DNA of 64,000 nt, from the NCBI GenBank assembly GCA_002715585.2, contig PAZJ02000005.1, forward strand, positions 67,482 through 131,481, in the 5' to 3' direction. Below, piece by piece: positions 9,497 to 19,563 of the stretch. The DNA is from a bacterium. GTDB lineage: Bacteria; Desulfobacterota_D; UBA1144. Made by a program: the position numbers and the translations under genes. The notes below the pieces were generated by a model. The model made no database searches, was not told where the DNA came from, and worked only from the letters and a program-made list of their open reading frames with translations. Every line of letters starts with the position of its first letter. Position 1 is the first letter of the stretch.

Positions 9497-11095
9497 TTGA
9501 AAATTTTAATTACAGATGGTCTTTCTCAAGAAGGGCTAGATCTTTTTGCAAATCATAGTCAAATAAGTCTAGACGTCAGGAAAAAAACTGAAAGAGAAGA
9601 ACTAAAAACTATAATTAATAATTACCAAGGTGTAATTATAAGAAGTGCAACAAAGATAGACAAAGAAATCATTGACCTACTTGATAATAATTTTAAGTTA
9701 ATAGGTAGAGCAGGAATCGGCGTTGATAATGTTGATGTATCTGAAGCCTCAAAGAAAGGAATTATAGTCATGAATACTCCCTCAGCTAATGCAATTACTA
9801 CAGCTGAGCATACAATTGCATTACTCTTATCTTTAGCAAGAAATACTCCACAGGCTTTTCTTTCAATGAAAGAAAAAAAATGGGAAAGATCTAGTTTTCA
9901 GGGACGTGAATTATTTGGTAAAACATTTGGTTTAATAGGTCTAGGTAATATTGGTAGGCTTGTAGCAGACAGAGCTATTGGACTAAAAATGAAAGTTATT
10001 GCCCACGATCCGTTTATATCAAAAGATACAGACTTAAATATGCCGATAGACTTAGTCGATATGGAAGATGTTTTTAGAAACTCTGATGTTATATCTGTTC
10101 ACACTCCACTTACCGAAGGAACAAAAGATCTCATTTCCAAAGAATCAATTGATATTATGAAAGATGGTGTATTAATTATTAACTGTGCTAGAGGCGGAAT
10201 TGTTAACGAATCAGATATTGCTGATGGAATAAAATCCGGCAAAGTTGGCGGTGCTGCTATTGATGTTTTTGAGCCAGAACCACCAGATTTTACTTCATCA
10301 ATTTTTAAATTGGATAATAACATTGTATTTACTCCTCATTTAGGTGCTTCAACTAAAGAGGCTCAAACAAAAGTAGGGATTGCTATGGCTGAGCAAGTTA
10401 TAGAGTATGCAACAAATGGTGTAGTAATGAATGCAGTTAATATGCCTTCTATGAATTTAGAGCTTTTATCAAAAATTCAACCGTATGTAGAATTATCAGA
10501 AAAATTAGGACAATTCATGGGACAAGTTTGTAAGGCAGGGATTAAAGAGATTAATGTTAAATATAGTGGACTCGTAACAGAGAATGATCTAAATCCACTA
10601 ACAATGTCCGTGCTTAAGGGTTATTTGTCTCCAATTATGGACGCTCCGGTTACATTTGTTAATGCTCCATTAATAGCTGAAGAAAGAGGAATTGAAATAA
10701 CAGAAACTAAAGAATCCTCATCATCAGATTTTACAAGCCTAATAACTGTTAAAATAATTGATGAGAATTCCGAATATCTTTTATCAGGATCTATTTTTGG
10801 CAAAAAAGAGCCGAGATTTACCTCATTTAACGGTCGAAAAATTGATGTAATTCCAAATGGAAATATATTAATTATAGAAAATGATGATAAACCTGGCGTT
10901 ATAGGCCTTTTAGGAAACTCTTTGGGTAAAAAGGATATTAATATTAACAGGCTTTATCTCTCAAATCCCCAAGATAAAGGATCCAAATTTGCCCTATCTT
11001 TTATATCAGTTGATTCTCCTGTGACACAAGATACTCTAGAATATATAGCAAATATGGATGAAGTTAACAGTATAGAGCAAGTGATTTTAGATTAA
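9497..11095 (+). CDS. serA: D-3-phosphoglycerate dehydrogenase
   Basis: Start moved to TTG 9497 (GGAGG at 9486-9490, N-terminus MKILITDG); the track start 9455 lies inside the promoter motif. NAD fold GLIGLGNIGR; C-terminal ACT-like domain. Confidence 0.9.
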   Translation: MKILITDGLSQEGLDLFANHSQISLDVRKKTEREELKTIINNYQGVIIRSATKIDKEIIDLLDNNFKLIGRAGIGVDNVDVSEASKKGIIVMNTPSANAITTAEHTIALLLSLARNTPQAFLSMKEKKWERSSFQGRELFGKTFGLIGLGNIGRLVADRAIGLKMKVIAHDPFISKDTDLNMPIDLVDMEDVFRNSDVISVHTPLTEGTKDLISKESIDIMKDGVLIINCARGGIVNESDIADGIKSGKVGGAAIDVFEPEPPDFTSSIFKLDNNIVFTPHLGASTKEAQTKVGIAMAEQVIEYATNGVVMNAVNMPSMNLELLSKIQPYVELSEKLGQFMGQVCKAGIKEINVKYSGLVTENDLNPLTMSVLKGYLSPIMDAPVTFVNAPLIAEERGIEITETKESSSSDFTSLITVKIIDENSEYLLSGSIFGKKEPRFTSFNGRKIDVIPNGNILIIENDDKPGVIGLLGNSLGKKDININRLYLSNPQDKGSKFALSFISVDSPVTQDTLEYIANMDEVNSIEQVILD

Positions 11096-12303
11096 TGAAA
11101 AGTATCCCTTTACCCCCAGGAATTAGAGACTACACTTCTGAGATAGTAAGAAAGTTTGATTACATCAATGACATCTTCTTCCAAGAAACAGAAAGCTGGG
11201 GATTTAATAAAATTTATACACCAATTATAGAGAACATTGAGTCTTTAACTTCAGATTCTGCTCAGAGTGACAGTAAAAATATCCTAAAATTGATTGACCC
11301 GCTTAGCGGTGAAATACTAGGTATCAAATCGGATATAACACCACAGATAGCTAGGTTTGTTAATTCGAATTATTCTTTATCGACTTTACCAATTAGATTA
11401 TCTTATGCGGAAAGAGTTATAAGGAATAAAATAAATAATAATGCTGATTCACGAGAGCTCTTCCAGTTGGGATGTGAATCCATCGGAACAGAGGGGATTT
11501 TAAATGATATTGAAATTATTCAATTAGGCTCTTCTTTAATAAAAAAAATGGGATTCTCAAATCAAGTTATAACTTTAAGTTCTTCATTAATTGTAAATTT
11601 CATTTTATCTAAATTGAAAAAATCTAATGAAAAAATTAGAGATCTATTTTATAAAAAAAATTTTTCTGAAATTACTAAAATTTCTAATGATAAAACTTTT
11701 CCTCAAAAAGAGAGAAATTTTATAAAGTCTGTAGTTATACCATTTACAAAAAATAAAATACCAAAAAATTCCTATCTTTCATCAAATATATTAAAAGAGA
11801 TAGAGAATCTTAAAATAATTAGTAAAGAATTAATTAAAATTAATCCAGAAAATAAATGCATAATAGATTATTTAGATGTGAAAGATTTTCAATATTATTC
11901 TAACATCACTTTTGAAATAAATGTCCCTAAAATTAAATCATCGCTCTTGAATGGAGGAAGATATAACAACTTATTCAATAAGTACGATTTAAATATTCCT
12001 GCAATAGGATTTGGCTTGAACTTGTTAACGTTAGTTAAGTATATAAAGGTTGATAACTTGGCACGTCCAACAGCGCTTATAATTATGGATTCTAATACTT
12101 CAATTTCTGAGTCTTTTCAGATTAGAGATTTTCTTGTTAATCAAGGATTTATTACAAGATTTTCTAACAAAAAATTATCTAATAATTTTCAACAGATTAT
12201 TGTCAGAATGAGTAAAAACAAGCAGGTCAGCTTGTTTGATGGAAAGATGAATAAGATTGCAAAGTTTAAATCATTGAAAGAATTTATTGAGGAAGAAATC
12301 TAA
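11095..12303 (+). CDS. hisZ: ATP phosphoribosyltransferase regulatory subunit (HisS paralogue)
   Basis: Class-II aaRS-like core (PPGIRDY..) without an obvious anticodon-binding domain. 1-nt overlap with the serA stop; lies directly upstream of purA. Confidence 0.75.
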   Translation: MKSIPLPPGIRDYTSEIVRKFDYINDIFFQETESWGFNKIYTPIIENIESLTSDSAQSDSKNILKLIDPLSGEILGIKSDITPQIARFVNSNYSLSTLPIRLSYAERVIRNKINNNADSRELFQLGCESIGTEGILNDIEIIQLGSSLIKKMGFSNQVITLSSSLIVNFILSKLKKSNEKIRDLFYKKNFSEITKISNDKTFPQKERNFIKSVVIPFTKNKIPKNSYLSSNILKEIENLKIISKELIKINPENKCIIDYLDVKDFQYYSNITFEINVPKIKSSLLNGGRYNNLFNKYDLNIPAIGFGLNLLTLVKYIKVDNLARPTALIIMDSNTSISESFQIRDFLVNQGFITRFSNKKLSNNFQQIIVRMSKNKQVSLFDGKMNKIAKFKSLKEFIEEEI

Positions 12304-13581
12304 TTGAATAAAAATAAAAACGTAGTCGTAATCGGTGCGCAATGGGGTGATGAGGGAAAAGGGAGAATCATCGATCTTTTGTCAGAAAAATTTGATATTG
12401 TTTCTAGATTTCAAGGTGGTAGTAATGCGGGCCATACGATTATTATAAAAAATAAAAAAATTATATTGCATCACATACCCTCTGGAGTATTAAGAAATGG
12501 AAAAATCTCTGTTATTGGAAATGGTGCTGTTATAGATCCTGACATAATTGTTGATGAAATCAAAGCCTTAAGGAAAAAAGGATATAAGATTACAGGGAAA
12601 AATCTTAAAATTAGTGAGTTAGCTCATCTAATATTACCATTTCATAAACTTATTGATATTGGTCGAGAGATAATAAAAGGAAAAAATGCAATTGGAACCA
12701 CTGGAAGGGGCATTGGGCCTTGCTATGAAGATAAGATATCAAGACAAGGAATCAGATTTATTGATTTATCAAATAAAAAAATATTAAAAGATAAACTTAA
12801 AATTACATTAAAGGAAAAAAATAAAATTCTTTCATTAGTATTCAATCAAAAAAAAATAAGTATTAATACATTGGTCGATGATTTAATGAAAAGGTACAAA
12901 TTCTTAAAAGAATTTATAGTAAACACTGAGGATTTCTTAAATAAATCTACCGTTCAAGGTAAAAGCATTCTTTTTGAGGGTGCGCAAGGTGTTATGTTAG
13001 ATATAGATTTTGGTACTTATCCCTTTGTAACTTCTTCATCTACCATATCCTCAAATGCTTCTTCTGGCACTGGTGTTCCTTATAAAAAATTTGGTAAATC
13101 TATAGGTATTTCAAAAGCCTATGCAACAAGAGTTGGATATGGCCCTTTTCCTACTGAAATGATTGATGATGAGGGCTTAGCTTTAAGAGAGTTTGGTGAT
13201 GAATATGGAGCAACTACAGGAAGGCCGAGAAGATGTGGCTGGTTGGATTTAATAGCTCTTAAGCATTCTGTGGAAATATGTGGTTTAGATGAGATAGTGT
13301 TAACAAAAGTTGATATCTTATCAATGTTCAAGAACATAAATGTTTGCATTGCATATAAGTATAAATCTCAAAAATTGAAGAAGTTTCCCATGGATAATAA
13401 TATTATTGAGCATGTTACACCCATCTATAAAACTTATAAATCATGGGATATTGAAGACCTCAAAAATAAAAAACTACCATCGAGCTTAAAATCATTTGTA
13501 AAGTACATTGAAAAATTTTTAAATGTTAAAGTATCAATGATTTCTATTGGACCAGAGCGAGAACAAGTAATTTATTTATAG
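12304..13581 (+). CDS. purA: Adenylosuccinate synthetase
   Basis: TTG start immediately after the hisZ stop. QWGDEGKGRIID, GTTGRGIGPCYEDK, TTGRPRRCGW. Confidence 0.95.
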   Translation: MNKNKNVVVIGAQWGDEGKGRIIDLLSEKFDIVSRFQGGSNAGHTIIIKNKKIILHHIPSGVLRNGKISVIGNGAVIDPDIIVDEIKALRKKGYKITGKNLKISELAHLILPFHKLIDIGREIIKGKNAIGTTGRGIGPCYEDKISRQGIRFIDLSNKKILKDKLKITLKEKNKILSLVFNQKKISINTLVDDLMKRYKFLKEFIVNTEDFLNKSTVQGKSILFEGAQGVMLDIDFGTYPFVTSSSTISSNASSGTGVPYKKFGKSIGISKAYATRVGYGPFPTEMIDDEGLALREFGDEYGATTGRPRRCGWLDLIALKHSVEICGLDEIVLTKVDILSMFKNINVCIAYKYKSQKLKKFPMDNNIIEHVTPIYKTYKSWDIEDLKNKKLPSSLKSFVKYIEKFLNVKVSMISIGPEREQVIYL

Positions 13582-14528
13582 GCATCTAAAATTTCTTTTA
13601 CCAATGGATGGCGGACAATATCATCGCTATTGAAATTTACAAACCCAATTCCATGGATATTTTTAAGTAGCGATATACTTTCAACTAAACCAGATTTAAT
13701 ATTTTTATCTAGATCAATTTGTGTTGTATCCCCTGTAACAATAACTTTTGAATTAAAACCAAACCTTGTTAAAAACATTTTCATTTGGGTAGTAGTAGTA
13801 TTTTGCGCCTCATCTAAAATTATAAAAGCATCATTTAATGTTCTACCTCTCATAAAAGCTAAAGGAGCAATCTCAATTATAGATTTGTCAATCATTCTAT
13901 TAATTCTATCCGAATCAATCATATCATTTAATGCGTCAAATAATGGCTTTAAATAAGGATCAACTTTTTCGCTAAGATCACCTGGCAAAAATCCTAGCTT
14001 CTCTCCTGCTTCAACTGCCGGCCTAGTTAATATAATTTTTTTTACTTTTTTCAAATTTAAATATGAAACTGCCATTGCAACAGCTAAATATGTTTTTCCA
14101 GTACCTGCAGGGCCAACACCAAATACAACATCACTTTTTCTGATTGAATCAATATATATTTTCTGATTTATACTTTTAGGGGCAATTGTTCCTTTATCAG
14201 TAGAGAGGCAAATTGTATCTAAAAAAATTTCTTCAATGCTATGTGAGTTGTTATTAATTATTTTAGATCCCAACTCAAAATCACTAAAGTTAGGCATATA
14301 ACCTTTTTGAATAATTTTGTAAAAACTTTTCATAAGCTTGATAGACAAATTAACTGATCTTTTAAGGCCGCTAAAGTGAAGCTCATTCCCACGTGAATCA
14401 ATTTTTATATTATATATTTTTGAGATAAATTTTAGGTTTCTGTTTTCAACACCTATAAGAGTATTAAAAGAATTATTATCTTCAAATTTTATAGCCTCAT
14501 TTGATACTTGCTCTAATATAACGTTCAT
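13572..14528 (-). CDS. phoH: PhoH-family ATPase
   Basis: Walker A GPAGTGKTYLAVA; ILDEAQN; GDTTQID. Confidence 0.9.
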   Translation of the reverse strand: MNVILEQVSNEAIKFEDNNSFNTLIGVENRNLKFISKIYNIKIDSRGNELHFSGLKRSVNLSIKLMKSFYKIIQKGYMPNFSDFELGSKIINNNSHSIEEIFLDTICLSTDKGTIAPKSINQKIYIDSIRKSDVVFGVGPAGTGKTYLAVAMAVSYLNLKKVKKIILTRPAVEAGEKLGFLPGDLSEKVDPYLKPLFDALNDMIDSDRINRMIDKSIIEIAPLAFMRGRTLNDAFIILDEAQNTTTTQMKMFLTRFGFNSKVIVTGDTTQIDLDKNIKSGLVESISLLKNIHGIGFVNFNSDDIVRHPLVKEILDAYK

Positions 14529-15451
14529 ACTTTAAATACAAAGATAATATAAAGCAAAAGTAAAAATATTCCACAAAAATTAGGAATCGATCTTCTTTTT
14601 CTAAATATTACTATAAAAGTAAATAATACTAATTCGGCAATTAAAATTAAACTTAAAGAAGATATAGCGAAACTCGGCAATGGTATTAGAAATATTAAAT
14701 TAATGATGGAAAATATTGTAAAATTTGCAACATTGCTACCAATAATATTTCCCAGTACAAAATCATTCTTGCCGTATTTAATTATAGATATTAAACAGGC
14801 AATGATTTCGGGAAAGGACGTACTCAAAGCTAAAAAAATACTTCCCACTAAGGCGCTAGATAGCCCAACTTGTTCAATTATTTTAAGACCAGTCATTGTA
14901 ATCCCTTCGGCAGCAAACCATATAGCGACAGGACCAAAGATTAGATAAATAATAATCAAAATATTTGATAAATTATTATCGATATTATCTGAATCTGCAG
15001 AATTTCCTGAAAAATAAAATAATGTGGATAATAAAATAATCATTAGGCATATAACTGTTGTATTTATTATCCCAAAAGAAAAAAAATAAAATAAAAATGT
15101 TGAAAGTATAATTAATATATATTTAAGATTTAAATTTTGTAATTTATATCTAAATTCTTTTCCAAAACTAAATATGAGAGCAAGGCCTAGAATTAAGCAG
15201 GTATTTGCCATATTACTTCCCAGAATAGTTCCATAGATTAAGTTATTAGAGTAGTTCTTTATGTAAGCAGATTTAAATAAAACAAAAAACTCTGGCAATG
15301 ATGTTCCAATTGCTATTACTGTCATTCCAATAAAGAAGTCTGATAATCCTATTTTTTTTGAAAGTTTTACTGATCCAGAAACTAATGAGGTAGCACCAAG
15401 CCAAAGTAAAACAGCATAAGCAATAAAGCTAAAAAAAAGTGTTAGATTCAA
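14525..15451 (-). CDS. Ca2+/Na+ antiporter (CaCA, YrbG-like)
   Basis: Polytopic membrane protein with two alpha-repeats (GTSLPEF and STSFPEI). ATGA overlaps on both sides. Confidence 0.8.
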   Translation of the reverse strand: MNLTLFFSFIAYAVLLWLGATSLVSGSVKLSKKIGLSDFFIGMTVIAIGTSLPEFFVLFKSAYIKNYSNNLIYGTILGSNMANTCLILGLALIFSFGKEFRYKLQNLNLKYILIILSTFLFYFFSFGIINTTVICLMIILLSTLFYFSGNSADSDNIDNNLSNILIIIYLIFGPVAIWFAAEGITMTGLKIIEQVGLSSALVGSIFLALSTSFPEIIACLISIIKYGKNDFVLGNIIGSNVANFTIFSIINLIFLIPLPSFAISSLSLILIAELVLFTFIVIFRKRRSIPNFCGIFLLLLYIIFVFKV

Positions 15452-16344
15452 CTGGTTAAAAGATCCAATACTTCTATATACTTTTCTGTTGTTTTAGTGG
15501 AAATATCACTTGGCAACTCAGGCGCAGGAGGTTTTTTATCCCAGCCAATGGATGTTAAATAGTCACGAACAAATTGCTTGTCATAGCTTTGCTGACCTCT
15601 TCCGGCCTCATATAATGATTTTGGCCAAAATCTTGATGAATCAGGAGTTAAAACCTCATCAATTAAAATTATTTCCCCACTATCAAGTAATCCAAACTCG
15701 AACTTAGTATCTGCTATTAAAATGCCTTTCGACTCAGCATAATCTCGTGCCTTTGAGTATATTCCTATGGATAAATCTTTAACTTTATTTGCTATTTCTT
15801 CACCAACAATTTCAGAACATTTTTCAAAGCTTATATTTTCATCATGCTCACCTTGTTCAGCTTTTGTTGAAGGTGTAAAAATTGGCTCTTCCAGTTTTTC
15901 AGATTCAATTAAACCCTCTTTAAGTTTTAATCCACATACTGTTCCTTGCTTTTTGTATTCTGACCAACCCGATCCCGTAATGTATCCTCTGACTATACAT
16001 TCTATTGGTAAGGGCTTAGCTTTTTTTACGACCATTGATCTAGCCATTACTTGATCCATCTCATCATTTAAACTTGGATACATTTCATTAACTTTTTCAG
16101 TGATAAAATGATTTTGTACAATATCTTGAGTAAGAGAAAACCAAAACTTAGATAATTTTGTTAACACCTCTCCTTTTGCTAATATACCAGATGGTAAAAC
16201 TGCATCATAAGCAGAAATTCTATCTGATGAAACAATTAGAAGGTTATCTCCAAGATCATAAAGATCTCTAACCTTTCCGCGATTAATTAATGGAAAGCTT
16301 TTAAGGTTTGATTTTAGAATAATATTTTTATTTTCTATTTCCAT
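15448..16344 (-). CDS. purC: SAICAR synthetase
   Basis: Start set to ATG 16344 (MEIENK..). The 51 codons the track adds upstream are the antisense reading of tRNA-Val. RGKVRDLY, SDRISAYD. Confidence 0.9.
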   Translation of the reverse strand: MEIENKNIILKSNLKSFPLINRGKVRDLYDLGDNLLIVSSDRISAYDAVLPSGILAKGEVLTKLSKFWFSLTQDIVQNHFITEKVNEMYPSLNDEMDQVMARSMVVKKAKPLPIECIVRGYITGSGWSEYKKQGTVCGLKLKEGLIESEKLEEPIFTPSTKAEQGEHDENISFEKCSEIVGEEIANKVKDLSIGIYSKARDYAESKGILIADTKFEFGLLDSGEIILIDEVLTPDSSRFWPKSLYEAGRGQQSYDKQFVRDYLTSIGWDKKPPAPELPSDISTKTTEKYIEVLDLLTS

Positions 16345-16385
16345 ATACAAATTATAATAAATTATTGATAAATAGTCGACAAAAT

Positions 16386-16413
16386 TTGATTTATGATTTG
16401 ATGTATTTACAAT
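16386..16413 (+). promoter_or_regulatory. Candidate promoter for tRNA-Val (and thrS operon)
   Basis: TTGATT-N16-TACAAT. The predicted TSS is a few nt before the tRNA 5' end. Confidence 0.35.
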
Positions 16414-16424
16414 ATTTCCTTTAC

Positions 16425-16496
16425 GAGCGCGTAGCTCAGGGGGAGAGCGCTTGCTTGACATGCAAGAGGTCGGTGGTTCAAATCCACTCGTGCTCA
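16425..16496 (+). tRNA. tRNA-Val (anticodon GAC)
   Basis: Cloverleaf folded by hand: acceptor GAGCGCG/CGTGCTC, D arm GCTC..GAGC, anticodon arm CTTGC-TTGACAT-GCAAG, T arm GGTGG-TTCAAAT-CCACT. No encoded CCA. Confidence 0.9.
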
Positions 16497-16506
16497 TGAG
16501 TTTTTT

Positions 16507-18414
16507 ATGAAATATTATGTTGATAGTAAAATTCTAGAATCTGACAAGCCTTTAAGTTTAGGGGAAATATTTAATAAATTAGACCTTGGCTCTAACGTAT
16601 TGGGTGCAGAAGTTGAAGGTGAAGTAAAAGATTTCTATTTTAACCCTGCAGATGAATCAAAAATTTATCCAATTTTTTTGGATAATGAAAAAAGTCTGAC
16701 TTTAATAAGACACTCAACTGCTCATATTTTAGCCCAGGCTGTGCAAAGCATATACCCTAACACAAAAGTCACAATTGGACCTGTTATTGATGACGGATTC
16801 TATTATGACTTTTATACTGACAGAAACTTTACGGAAGATGATTTAAAATTATTTGAAAATAAAATGCACGAAATATTAGAAAAAAATGTTTTATTTGAAA
16901 AAGAGATTATTAATAGAGATGAAGCATTAAAAATTTTTTCTGATATGGGAGAAACTTTTAAAAAAGAAATAATAAATGATTTAGATGAATCTCAAGAAAT
17001 TTCTCTCTACAAACAAGGTGACTGGTTTGACTTGTGTCGAGGACCTCATTTGCCAAATTCAACCTTTATAAAATCTTTTAAGCTTCTTAGTGTGGCCGGA
17101 TCATATTGGAGAGGTGATGAGACTCGAGAATCTCTCCAAAGAATCTATGGAACAGCTTTCTCAAATCCTAAAGATCTAAAAAAACATTTAAAAATAATTG
17201 AAGAGGCAAAGAAGAGAGATCATAGAAAATTGGGTAAAGAATTAGACCTATTTTCAATAAATGAAGAAATCGGCCCCGGCCTAGTTCTCTGGCACCCCAA
17301 TGGGTCAGTTATAAGAAATATTATTGAAAATTACTGGCGTGAAAAACATATTGAATCTGGCTACCAAATCATCTATACGCCTCACATAGCTAAAGCAAAT
17401 TTATGGGAAACCAGCGGTCATTTGGAATTCTATAGTGAAAATATGTTTTCACAAATGGAGATTGACGCAAACAAATACCAAGCTAAACCTATGAATTGCC
17501 CTTTTCATATAATGATTTATAAAAACGGACTAAGAAGTTATAAAGAATTACCAATTAAGTATGCAGAAATTGGAACTGTCTACAGATATGAGAGATCAGG
17601 CGTTTTGCATGGGTTGTTTAGAGCTAGAGGATTTACTCAAGATGATGCACATATTTTTTGTTCATTAGATCAAATTGAACAAGAGGTTAATGATGTAATT
17701 GATCTTACAACAGAATTCTTAAAAAAATTTGGTTTTTCTGAATATGAAATTTTTGTATCTACAAAACCAAGTAAATATGTAGGCACTGATGACGAATGGA
17801 GTTCAGCTACAAATTCATTAAAAAAATCATTAGATAATAAATTATTAAAATATTCAATTGATGAGGGTGGCGGTGCATTTTATGGACCCAAGATAGATCT
17901 TAAAATTAAAGATGTTTTAGGAAGATCTTGGCAGTGTTCAACAATACAGGTTGATTTTAATCTTCCCAAAAGATTTGACCTTGAGTATATTTCGAGTAAT
18001 AATCAAAGACTTCAGCCTGTGATGATTCATAGAGCCATTTTTGGTTCCTTTGAGAGGTTCTTTGGCATTTTAATTGAACATTATGGGGGTGCTTTTCCTA
18101 CTTGGCTAGCTCCCTATCAATTAAAATTACTCAGTGTTTCTGATGAACAGGTTGAATATGTTAATGATATAGCGGATAATTTAAGGTCTGCTGGTATTAG
18201 GGTTGATATTGATAACAGGAATGAAAAATTGGGCTTGAAAATAAGAGAGAGTGAAATATCCAAAGTTCCTTACATAGGAATAGTTGGTAAGAATGAATTA
18301 GAAAACGAAACGATAAGTATAAGAAAATATGGAGGTAAGCAAATAGGAGAATTAAAATCAAATCAATTACTTGAATTAATAAATGATGAGCTGTCCGGGA
18401 GGGTTGACTCATAA
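16507..18414 (+). CDS. thrS: Threonyl-tRNA synthetase
   Basis: 635 aa. RHSTAHIL editing-domain motif; class-II core; C-terminal anticodon-binding domain. Confidence 0.95.
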   Translation: MKYYVDSKILESDKPLSLGEIFNKLDLGSNVLGAEVEGEVKDFYFNPADESKIYPIFLDNEKSLTLIRHSTAHILAQAVQSIYPNTKVTIGPVIDDGFYYDFYTDRNFTEDDLKLFENKMHEILEKNVLFEKEIINRDEALKIFSDMGETFKKEIINDLDESQEISLYKQGDWFDLCRGPHLPNSTFIKSFKLLSVAGSYWRGDETRESLQRIYGTAFSNPKDLKKHLKIIEEAKKRDHRKLGKELDLFSINEEIGPGLVLWHPNGSVIRNIIENYWREKHIESGYQIIYTPHIAKANLWETSGHLEFYSENMFSQMEIDANKYQAKPMNCPFHIMIYKNGLRSYKELPIKYAEIGTVYRYERSGVLHGLFRARGFTQDDAHIFCSLDQIEQEVNDVIDLTTEFLKKFGFSEYEIFVSTKPSKYVGTDDEWSSATNSLKKSLDNKLLKYSIDEGGGAFYGPKIDLKIKDVLGRSWQCSTIQVDFNLPKRFDLEYISSNNQRLQPVMIHRAIFGSFERFFGILIEHYGGAFPTWLAPYQLKLLSVSDEQVEYVNDIADNLRSAGIRVDIDNRNEKLGLKIRESEISKVPYIGIVGKNELENETISIRKYGGKQIGELKSNQLLELINDELSGRVDS

Positions 18415-18992
18415 GAAAAAAGAATTTTTCAAGGTCTAGAAAGAAAGCTAATAGGATCAACTTAGAAATAAGAGCCAACGAGGTAAGATTAATTGGTTTA
18501 GATGGTGGACAACTTGGTATAGTTGCGTTGTCTGAGGCGCTTAATCAAGCAAGAAATAATTCTACTGATTTGGTAGAAATTTCTCCAGATTCAACTCCAC
18601 CTGTTTGCAAATTAATGGATTATGGAAAATTTATGTATGATAGCAAAAAAAAGCAATCAGCTCAAAAAAAAGTTAAGGCTCAAGTGCTCAAAGAGATTAA
18701 ATTTAGACCTAATATTGGAGAAAATGATTTTAATGTTAAAATAAATAGGCTCAAAGACTTTTTAAGTGATGGGCATAAGGTAAAAATAAGGCTTTGGTTT
18801 AAGGGTAGAGAGATAGTACATAAACAACTTGGTGAACAACTAGTTGAAAAAATTGTAGAAAGTGTATCGGAATCAGGTGAACTTGATAATGAACCAAAGT
18901 TTGAAGGAAAGAATCTAACAATGATGGTTCTTCCAAAAAAAATAAAGGCGGTAAAAAAAGCTAATGGCAGCGCAAAAAATGAAATCCAATAG
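18411..18992 (+). CDS. infC: Translation initiation factor IF-3, non-canonical AUA start
   Basis: Frame is open from 18408 and encodes a basic tail plus INLEIRANEVRLIGLDGGQLGIV, the conserved IF-3 N-domain, upstream of the track's TTG 18528. No ATG/GTG/TTG in between. GGGAGGG at 18397-18403 lies 7 nt before ATA 18411. Confidence 0.8.
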   Translation: MRKKNFSRSRKKANRINLEIRANEVRLIGLDGGQLGIVALSEALNQARNNSTDLVEISPDSTPPVCKLMDYGKFMYDSKKKQSAQKKVKAQVLKEIKFRPNIGENDFNVKINRLKDFLSDGHKVKIRLWFKGREIVHKQLGEQLVEKIVESVSESGELDNEPKFEGKNLTMMVLPKKIKAVKKANGSAKNEIQ

Positions 18993-19164
18993 AAGTGCAG
19001 CAAAAAGATTTAAGCTGAAACCCAATGGTAAGTTGAAGAGAATCAAAGGTAGTAAGCATCATTGTAATGTACATAAAGCCCAGTCTAGAATTAGAAGGTT
19101 GAAAGAGCCTGGAACAGTAGATGGAAAGAAAGCTGCAAATTTAAGAAAAGTAGTTTTTGTATAG
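18964..19164 (+). CDS. rpmI: Ribosomal protein L35
   Basis: KSNRSAAKRFK. Start is ATG 18964 or 18979; both overlap the infC 3' end. Confidence 0.9.
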   Translation: MAAQKMKSNRSAAKRFKLKPNGKLKRIKGSKHHCNVHKAQSRIRRLKEPGTVDGKKAANLRKVVFV

Positions 19165-19172
19165 GTATTTAG

Positions 19173-19514
19173 ATGAGAGTTAAAACATCAGTTGCAAGTA
19201 AAAGAAGAAAAAAAAGACTTTTAAAACAAACAAAAGGTTTTTGGGGTCAAAGAAAAAATGTTTATCGAAGGGCAAAAGAGACATTATTGAGATCGCTTGC
19301 CTTTTCTTATAGAGATAGAAAAGCAAAAAAGCGTACCATGCGTTCTTTATGGATATCTAGAATCAATGCGGCTCTTAGAGAAGAGGGGCTAACATACAGT
19401 AAATTTATTCACTCACTTAAAGTTAAAGAAATAGAACTTGATAGACGTGTTTTGGCTGAATTAGCAGTAAATCATCCCGATAAATTCAAACAACTTGTAC
19501 AATCAATTAATTAA
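19173..19514 (+). CDS. rplT: Ribosomal protein L20
   Basis: MRVKTSVASKRRKKRLLKQTKGFWG..; typical L20. Confidence 0.95.
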   Translation: MRVKTSVASKRRKKRLLKQTKGFWGQRKNVYRRAKETLLRSLAFSYRDRKAKKRTMRSLWISRINAALREEGLTYSKFIHSLKVKEIELDRRVLAELAVNHPDKFKQLVQSIN

Positions 19515-19563
19515 TTTTTTTACTTTAAAAATTTCTTATATTTTTGGGTAAAATATACAATAG

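Noticed and set aside
16345-16497. 51-codon N-terminal extension of the purC ORF (MSTSGFEPPTSC..)
   Set aside because: It is the antisense translation of tRNA-Val. The purC homology starts at MEIENK (ATG 16344).
18528-18530. TTG 18528 as the infC start
   Set aside because: It would delete the conserved IF-3 N-terminal segment, which is encoded in-frame upstream. A strong SD precedes ATA 18411.
19515-19563. Glycine riboswitch upstream of gcvT
   Set aside because: Only 49 nt of AT-rich spacer is available. That is too short, and I see no conserved glycine-aptamer core.
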